NCBI GenBank assembly: GCA_965197855.1
Contig: OZ240230.1
Location: 301,823-365,822 of the forward strand
From: Bdellovibrionales bacterium
GTDB lineage: Bacteria > Bdellovibrionota > Bdellovibrionia > Bdellovibrionales > UBA1609
Length of the DNA stretch: 64,000 nucleotides
Direction: 5' to 3'
This document shows, in pieces, positions 57,976 to 64,000 of the stretch. Numbering within the stretch: position 1 is the stretch's first letter; each line of letters opens with the position of its first letter. A program made the position numbers and the translations under genes. The notes beneath the pieces were generated by a model. It made no database searches and was not told the origin of the DNA. It was given only the letters and a program-made list of their open reading frames with translations.

Positions 57976-59580
57976 ATGCTAAGATATTTATTACTTGTTA
58001 GTATTTTATCGTTTTCATACTTTGCTCATTCTTCCATTTACCAAACATGTAAGTGGAGTGATCAGCCTCTCACTGATAGATTTATACAATTTAACCAAGA
58101 GTTTTTAGATGAAGACACACCACTTGAAGACTACCAATCCTGTACCAAAGTTGCTTACAACCAATATAATGAGCTACAACCTGTTACTGATGTGCTCAAT
58201 ACCGAAGAACCTTTCCTGACAGGACCTATCCCTTCTATTTGTTTTTTATCTAGCTCTGCTCGTGGAACCTCAAATAGGCCTTCATCTAAAAGCTCCTCTA
58301 GTAAATATTATCATTGTAACTCTCCCAACAATACCAACCCTAACGACAGAATGGCAGTCAAAAATCCAAATACTGGACAAACACATCATCTTTATTTAAG
58401 AAGCCCTTGTATTTCTGAAGACTATCACTCTTCTCTTGTAAAAACCTTTAATAAAATGGTTCATTGTTTTGGGTTATCTCAAAGAGAAGCAAGAAATTTA
58501 TTTGCAATTATCAATCATGAGTCTCAATTTATCCCTAATGCACAAAGCTCAACAGGAGCGCGCTGTGCTGGACAACTTACCCGACCTGCTATTACTACTT
58601 TAAATGCACACATCTTGGAAAACTATTTCCCTGGATCTCACATATACCAATCAGCAGTTAGTCGGTGTCCATCACTTATAGATAAAACTATTCCATCCGA
58701 TATTCTTTGTACAAAAACTGAATCATGCCCCCACAGCCATTTACAAACAGGGAGTCAAGCCTCAAAAGAATTAAAGTTGAGTAAATATCCCATCACTTGT
58801 AAACTTACTTCAGATCTTCCTCTTTGTTTCTTTTATACTTTTTTATATTTTAAAGAAACACTGATAAATTTTGATCAAAAATTTCAAGCCCCAAATGAAT
58901 TTGATAGCCAGGAGATACCTGATAGATTTATTCAAAAATATGGAGTTGGTTTAAATCCAAATGAAATTATTATTGCAAAAAAAGCAGATAACTCAAATGA
59001 TGCTCATCTATTTATAACCGCTCAATCTGCATATGAAGAAGTGCAAAAACATGAAAACCAATCTAACAATCCTATGTATAATTTAAACGTAGAAACAGTG
59101 TCTTTAATTTCTCCAGAAGATATGAAATATTTTAAATTTTATACAACTCAGATATCCTACAATGGGGGAAGAAGCGTCATGGACAGCCAAGTCACAAATT
59201 TTCTCACATTTCTTAAAGAACAAATTGATCAAGCTGATTGTTCAGCTCCAAACAACAAATATTGTAAGTACAGAAGACATATTCTAGAAGGAAATGCTCT
59301 AAATTTAGACTCTATCAAAGAGGATTTTAAAGCTTATCTTAGGGTCGCCAAAAATGCAAAAGGGAAATTAATGTATTCTAGAGATGAAACTTTTGTTTAC
59401 CCTGATAAGATACAAGAAAGTATCGATCATTTCCAAAATTCTAATGGCTTAGTTCGAAAAAACCTTCAAACAGTAGCAACAAAACATATAAACACCGACA
59501 AAGTTAGTCCAGAGGTTGGTCAACAAATTCGAAATACAGTGGACGATATCAAAAACCAATGCAATATTCCAATCCTTTAA
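57976..59580 (+). CDS. secreted protein with a lytic-transglycosylase (SLT)-like motif
   Basis: Signal peptide. NHESQFIPNAQSSTGARCAGQLT resembles the SLT signature ES.F.P.A.S..GA.G..Q. Confidence 0.4.
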   Translation: MLRYLLLVSILSFSYFAHSSIYQTCKWSDQPLTDRFIQFNQEFLDEDTPLEDYQSCTKVAYNQYNELQPVTDVLNTEEPFLTGPIPSICFLSSSARGTSNRPSSKSSSSKYYHCNSPNNTNPNDRMAVKNPNTGQTHHLYLRSPCISEDYHSSLVKTFNKMVHCFGLSQREARNLFAIINHESQFIPNAQSSTGARCAGQLTRPAITTLNAHILENYFPGSHIYQSAVSRCPSLIDKTIPSDILCTKTESCPHSHLQTGSQASKELKLSKYPITCKLTSDLPLCFFYTFLYFKETLINFDQKFQAPNEFDSQEIPDRFIQKYGVGLNPNEIIIAKKADNSNDAHLFITAQSAYEEVQKHENQSNNPMYNLNVETVSLISPEDMKYFKFYTTQISYNGGRSVMDSQVTNFLTFLKEQIDQADCSAPNNKYCKYRRHILEGNALNLDSIKEDFKAYLRVAKNAKGKLMYSRDETFVYPDKIQESIDHFQNSNGLVRKNLQTVATKHINTDKVSPEVGQQIRNTVDDIKNQCNIPIL

Positions 59581-59587
59581 GTTAAAC

Positions 59588-62500
59588 CTACTCTTTAGAT
59601 TTCAAACGACTGAAAACCTTTTGACAGCTTCCTTTTATAGCAGACTTTACTTGTTCAATTTTCTCCGTTGTAGAATCTGTTATTTTTTGAATTTTGTCTA
59701 CTGCAATATTTTTAAAACTTCGTCTATACTCACCATTTACTTCTTTATCGTGAATCAGCCCTCTTTTAAACATTTGATAAACAACAGTAATACCTAAAAC
59801 ATGTGTTCCTATCCAAAATAATAAATTATCCGCATTTAACCATTCAGATTGATAGGTTTTCACCAATAGACTTAGAGCTAAAACAGTAGAAAGAACAGCC
59901 CCAAAGTAAAAAATAGAAGCATTTTTACCCACTCCATTTTCTTGAGTGGGTAAAGGTGGATGTTTAGCGATCTGCTGTGAAAAGAGCTTAGATATATTCT
60001 GTATGCTTTCAATACTGTGTCTTTGAGCTAAGTCGTCAAACCTTTGTTGCTTAAACATTTCAATTTCCCCATCTGAAAAACCTATACTTTCCAGCATACT
60101 TTGAAGACGGCGACTTTGACTTTTTTCCACTACTTTCACTACCATCTGCATGAGACGAGAACGAGACTTTATTACATATAAATCAGAAAGATTAGACAAA
60201 GCTTGTCGATATTCTTCACGAACAGCTTGTTCATTAGAAGAAACTCCATTAGATACATTAACAAACTGAATGAGAACATTTTTTATTTTTTCTTCATTTT
60301 TCTTTAAATAATTATGATTTAGTTTACCTCCGCTTTGCAAAACCATCCACGGCCAGCCATATACCCAGAGAGCCGCAAAGTAAAACATCACAGCGGCCAT
60401 TGTTACTTCAGACAAAGGTTGATCCTCAACTAAGAAAGAACGCAACCCTATAAATGACAAGAGATTGAGCTGTATTAATCTCATTCTAGACTTTTCTTGT
60501 CTATATAAGACATCTCCTAAGTTATCTTGTTCCCCTCCGCTGACAAAAGGATAAAACAAACCATGGTATAAGTAAGAGAAGAATCCTTGTACATAGTCTT
60601 CTGCTTCAGGTATTGGAGTTTTATATATTTCTTGCGCTTCTTTATGGGCATCTTCAATACGACTACTGGTCTCCATAAAAGTTAAAGCTGTTCTGCCAGC
60701 AGCAATAAACAAATGTATATTCCAGTTTTGCATCATATCATTAAAATGAGGATCGCTTGAAGCAAAAAATAAGTTGGAAGAATCCTGACCAAGGGCTGTT
60801 ACATTTTCCAATTCAGCACGAGAAACCTCCCCACCATATGTAACTGAAATAGATGTAGTTGCTAAGTTGTCCCAAAAAGCTTCTGGAGCTGCACGCCCCA
60901 CAACAAACTCTAAAGGGACTCCATCTAAGTATTTTCGTTGTTGCTTATTCCAAGAAGTAACTGTTTGAGCATTTACAACATTTCTAAATTTTTTCATTTG
61001 ATCAGAATGAACAAACTTCGATACAAACCTGCCAAGTTTAGATTTAGATTTAAACCGTTCCGCCAACAACTGAGCCTTCTTATAAGATGAAATAAGCTGT
61101 TCAATCATCTGAGGATTACTAAGTTCTGTATTCCAATCGATACTTTCAATTGTCTTAAGATGATTAATTAAATTCAACATCACCCAATCCAACTCCAATT
61201 TTAAATCTTTATCACTTAAAACTTTTAATCTATCCTCCTTATTTATAGCGGCCCCGTATAATAATAATTCCTCTGGATTTATTTCTGCATGTCCAGCAGT
61301 AGCCAAAGTTGCCATAACCCATGCTATAGATTTGATAGTATTATCTTGAGTTTCATATGCATTTTGTAGTTCTCTATGTTGGTAATATCGATCTCCCGAC
61401 AACCATTTCCACCCTGGAATCCAACCTTGAGTTCCCAATAGAGTTGGTTTTGTTAATTCCATACCTTTCGATTTCATTAATTGCCCAATATTAGAATCTG
61501 GATTAATTTTTTTTAAAGGATTCAGCCCTCTTTGTAATGCTGAAAAAAAGTGAGGTTGACCTATAACATTTGTTATTCTTTCCCAAAATGGAACTATAGT
61601 AATAGCAACTGTTTTTAAACTCACACCTACAAAATTATTTAAATTCACAAAACGTTTTAATGTGGATTGTTCAGCCTCTCCTACTTTACTGACATTAAAC
61701 CATTCTTCAAATTTCTCGTTAGCTACCCCTTCACTCGGAAAATCTTTTGAGAGTAAATCTCCAAAAAACTTTATGACTTGAGCTTTCACTTTGTAGTAGT
61801 ATGGCAAACCAGAACTTAATAAAACAGCCACAGCAGGAACAAATAAACCTAATGATAAAAGGTTCACCATTGTCGTAAAAGCATAAGTCGTACCTTTATC
61901 CTGATATTGGAAAAGATGTAGCATATAATTCATTATTAAAGTGTATTGTTCAGGAAGTAATAAAGTTCCTCCATATAGAATCAGGGCAGACCAACCCATC
62001 ACTTTAGTAGTATCGTGAGTGATTATATTTTTAGATTTATTTGTTAAAAAAGCTAACTTTCGAAAAGCTTTAACTTTCACATCCTGGATCTTTTCTTTGT
62101 ATTGTTTTAATTCCGAAGTAGGTTGAGATGACTGAGTCCTACTTTCTGCTTCAACAACAGCTTCCTTTGAAAAAGCATTCTCTTGCTCTCTGAATGCCAG
62201 TACTCCTTGATTCCAATCCTCTAAAGCCAACGTATGTCTATCAGTTAAATCTAAATTCTTAAGCCTGGTAGATATTCCATCCATAGCACGAATAAACCTA
62301 CGAATAGCATGTTTCGTAAATAAAGCTGAAACAACATATTCTAATATAGGTGTATCTTTATTTTCTTCTTGTTGAACGGTAATCTCATTTACAAACTTAT
62401 CGTAACGTTTTTTACTGTTCATCAATTCAGGAGCCACAAAAGAAATCATTATATAAAGTATATTGTACGTCTCTCGAATCCATCCATAAAGTTCGCTCCT

Positions 62501-63322
62501 ATCTATATATTGATGTAAAGTTTTTTCACCTTGTGCATCTTCATAAGAAACAATTAAATCTCCAGCCTTAATGAGAGAACGTCCATTCAAATCTAAAATT
62601 GGTTTAAACTCCTCTGAAATAGCAGGAATTTCAGTACGTTGAGGAATAACAAATTCCATAGACAAACTACTCATTACGGCAGACGGATCCTTCAATGCTC
62701 TAGTTGCAATAGGAATTATAGGAATTGAAATATGCGCTAAAGATTCTTTTACCAGTGACATATCCACTAGAAATAGCCCTTTATTTTCATCCATAACCAC
62801 AAGTAATTCCGGATCCGTAATATAAGTCACGACATCGAAAGTGGGAGCATACTGCTTTAATACCACTCTGTTATTAACAATTCCTTCAAAAACTATTGCT
62901 CTTTTAGAAGGATCATACTGAACCCTGATATCAGTGACCTGTATATCAGGAGGATGTTCTGTATAGTCATTAAGAAAAAAAGTGCGATACACTCTTGGTT
63001 TTTTTACAGCAACTTCATTTTCCATGACGACATCATATTGAATAACCTCAACCCATTGTGGAGCAATCGAGTAATGATCTGCGTGCTCTTTAATTTCTGA
63101 GTGCTGTTCTAAATATGGATCAAGAGTTCCGCTCTCAATACGACTTCCTATTTCAAGAAGAAACTCACTTAACCGTATTAAATTACTGGGCCATTGAAAA
63201 TGATTATTGCCACCTTGTTCAGCCGCGTATCCTGGATAAGAACCTAAACACAGTTGTACACATATTAATAGCCGCAATAACGATTTCCATAAACTAAGAT
63301 AATTTCTAATAATCATTTGCAT
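59588..63322 (-). CDS. very large (1244 aa) polytopic membrane protein of unknown function
   Basis: Signal-like N-terminus and several clusters of TM helices separated by large soluble regions. 10-nt overlap with the upstream LRR-like ORF suggests an operon. Confidence 0.5.
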   Translation of the reverse strand: MQMIIRNYLSLWKSLLRLLICVQLCLGSYPGYAAEQGGNNHFQWPSNLIRLSEFLLEIGSRIESGTLDPYLEQHSEIKEHADHYSIAPQWVEVIQYDVVMENEVAVKKPRVYRTFFLNDYTEHPPDIQVTDIRVQYDPSKRAIVFEGIVNNRVVLKQYAPTFDVVTYITDPELLVVMDENKGLFLVDMSLVKESLAHISIPIIPIATRALKDPSAVMSSLSMEFVIPQRTEIPAISEEFKPILDLNGRSLIKAGDLIVSYEDAQGEKTLHQYIDRSELYGWIRETYNILYIMISFVAPELMNSKKRYDKFVNEITVQQEENKDTPILEYVVSALFTKHAIRRFIRAMDGISTRLKNLDLTDRHTLALEDWNQGVLAFREQENAFSKEAVVEAESRTQSSQPTSELKQYKEKIQDVKVKAFRKLAFLTNKSKNIITHDTTKVMGWSALILYGGTLLLPEQYTLIMNYMLHLFQYQDKGTTYAFTTMVNLLSLGLFVPAVAVLLSSGLPYYYKVKAQVIKFFGDLLSKDFPSEGVANEKFEEWFNVSKVGEAEQSTLKRFVNLNNFVGVSLKTVAITIVPFWERITNVIGQPHFFSALQRGLNPLKKINPDSNIGQLMKSKGMELTKPTLLGTQGWIPGWKWLSGDRYYQHRELQNAYETQDNTIKSIAWVMATLATAGHAEINPEELLLYGAAINKEDRLKVLSDKDLKLELDWVMLNLINHLKTIESIDWNTELSNPQMIEQLISSYKKAQLLAERFKSKSKLGRFVSKFVHSDQMKKFRNVVNAQTVTSWNKQQRKYLDGVPLEFVVGRAAPEAFWDNLATTSISVTYGGEVSRAELENVTALGQDSSNLFFASSDPHFNDMMQNWNIHLFIAAGRTALTFMETSSRIEDAHKEAQEIYKTPIPEAEDYVQGFFSYLYHGLFYPFVSGGEQDNLGDVLYRQEKSRMRLIQLNLLSFIGLRSFLVEDQPLSEVTMAAVMFYFAALWVYGWPWMVLQSGGKLNHNYLKKNEEKIKNVLIQFVNVSNGVSSNEQAVREEYRQALSNLSDLYVIKSRSRLMQMVVKVVEKSQSRRLQSMLESIGFSDGEIEMFKQQRFDDLAQRHSIESIQNISKLFSQQIAKHPPLPTQENGVGKNASIFYFGAVLSTVLALSLLVKTYQSEWLNADNLLFWIGTHVLGITVVYQMFKRGLIHDKEVNGEYRRSFKNIAVDKIQKITDSTTEKIEQVKSAIKGSCQKVFSRLKSKE

Positions 63323-64000
63323 TCTTCAAGCTCCTCTCTCTCAGGGTCAGGGCCAAATATTTCTTTTTCCGGAAAATACTCATGCTCACTGGCTAAATAA
63401 TAATCTTCATCATTAAAATGTTTTTTTACATTGCACACAAAATCATCTGTCAATGTACGATATAATACTACCCACTGATTGGGATGATCCCTATTGAACC
63501 CTTCCTTTTTTAGTCTATCAGATAGCCTCCACTCTCTAATAGTTTTGCCATTAATGGTTTTTTCAAGAAGATGCGTATTTAACTGACCTTGATTATAGTT
63601 TCCTTGCTCATCAAAACCTCCTTGTTCATCAAAGCCTCCCTTTGTTTTTAACCAATGATTGTAACAAACATCTCTCCCGACATCTTCTTCTTTTAAAAAA
63701 TTCATATACTCTCTATTTGTCATCGATTTATACCTTCTATAGGGTTTACCTCTTTCATATGGATACTCCCAAAACCATTCACAATCATAAAGAGATCTTA
63801 AATTTTCTTTACAATTTTCTCTAGAAATCTGATCTGTCTCATTTAAACAGCTATATAAATTATTGATATTGTCATTTTCAAAAAAATTATCTGTAAAATC
63901 CACCAACATAAGTTGAGACATTAAACGGAAAGAAAAAGGCACCATCACCAACTGATTCCCCGCCATATGAAACTCTTCCAAACTCTGAAGATAATAAATA
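63313..64000 (-). CDS. leucine-rich-repeat-like protein, 5'-truncated by the window edge
   Basis: The frame stays open to position 64000 (..LQSLEEFHMAGNQLVMVPFSFRLMSQLMLVDFTDNFF, LRR-like L..L.L..N.L). The start listed in the ORF track is a TTG and probably not the real one. Confidence 0.4.
   Translation of the reverse strand, partial: IYYLQSLEEFHMAGNQLVMVPFSFRLMSQLMLVDFTDNFFENDNINNLYSCLNETDQISRENCKENLRSLYDCEWFWEYPYERGKPYRRYKSMTNREYMNFLKEEDVGRDVCYNHWLKTKGGFDEQGGFDEQGNYNQGQLNTHLLEKTINGKTIREWRLSDRLKKEGFNRDHPNQWVVLYRTLTDDFVCNVKKHFNDEDYYLASEHEYFPEKEIFGPDPEREELEECK

Noticed and set aside
59516-59797. 93-aa plus-strand ORF
   Set aside because: It overlaps the end of 57976-59580 and is antisense to the 3' end of the 1244-aa gene. 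Its AT-rich, low-complexity translation marks it as a shadow ORF.

Overview
AT-rich (by eye roughly mid-30s % GC) bacterial chromosomal window. The gene content looks like a predatory or gliding Bdellovibrionota/Oligoflexia-type organism; this lineage call is inference, not a database hit. Housekeeping genes I am confident of: fusA, dcd, uvrB, rsmH-ftsL-ftsI, hpt, glyA, rpiB, efp, ruvCAB, dprA, comEC, comM, an NSS transporter and a YbbA/YbbP-like ABC pair. There are three tRNAs: Leu-CAA, His-GTG and Cys-GCA. Positions 108-10949 hold one long minus-strand operon of TPR proteins, small outer-membrane barrels and an FHA/TonB-C-like protein, which resembles the myxobacterial/Bdellovibrio Glt gliding-motility module. 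Accessory stretches (23.6-24.5 kb, 30-33 kb, 47-52 kb, 56-64 kb) encode secreted, Cys-rich, lipoprotein and paralogous proteins of unknown function. The most interesting locus is 51.7-55.2 kb. A complete type IV pilin gene and a promoterless, leaderless alternative pilin C-terminal cassette lie in inverted orientation. They share an in-frame inverted repeat of about 121 bp (53-bp core with 1 mismatch). Between them is about 2 kb carrying the pilin promoter, the leader/N-terminus and a tyrosine recombinase. This looks like a shufflon-like pilin C-terminal inversion switch. Other notable items are: near-perfect tandem repeats directly downstream of tRNA-His (200-bp period, including a tRNA 3' fragment) and tRNA-Cys (173-bp period, hairpin-rich, terminator-ended); a eukaryote-type (class 2) S-adenosylmethionine decarboxylase; a frameshifted orphan RelE-like toxin; a split ComEC; and tandem paralog families. 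No CRISPR array, rRNA or obvious prophage was seen.
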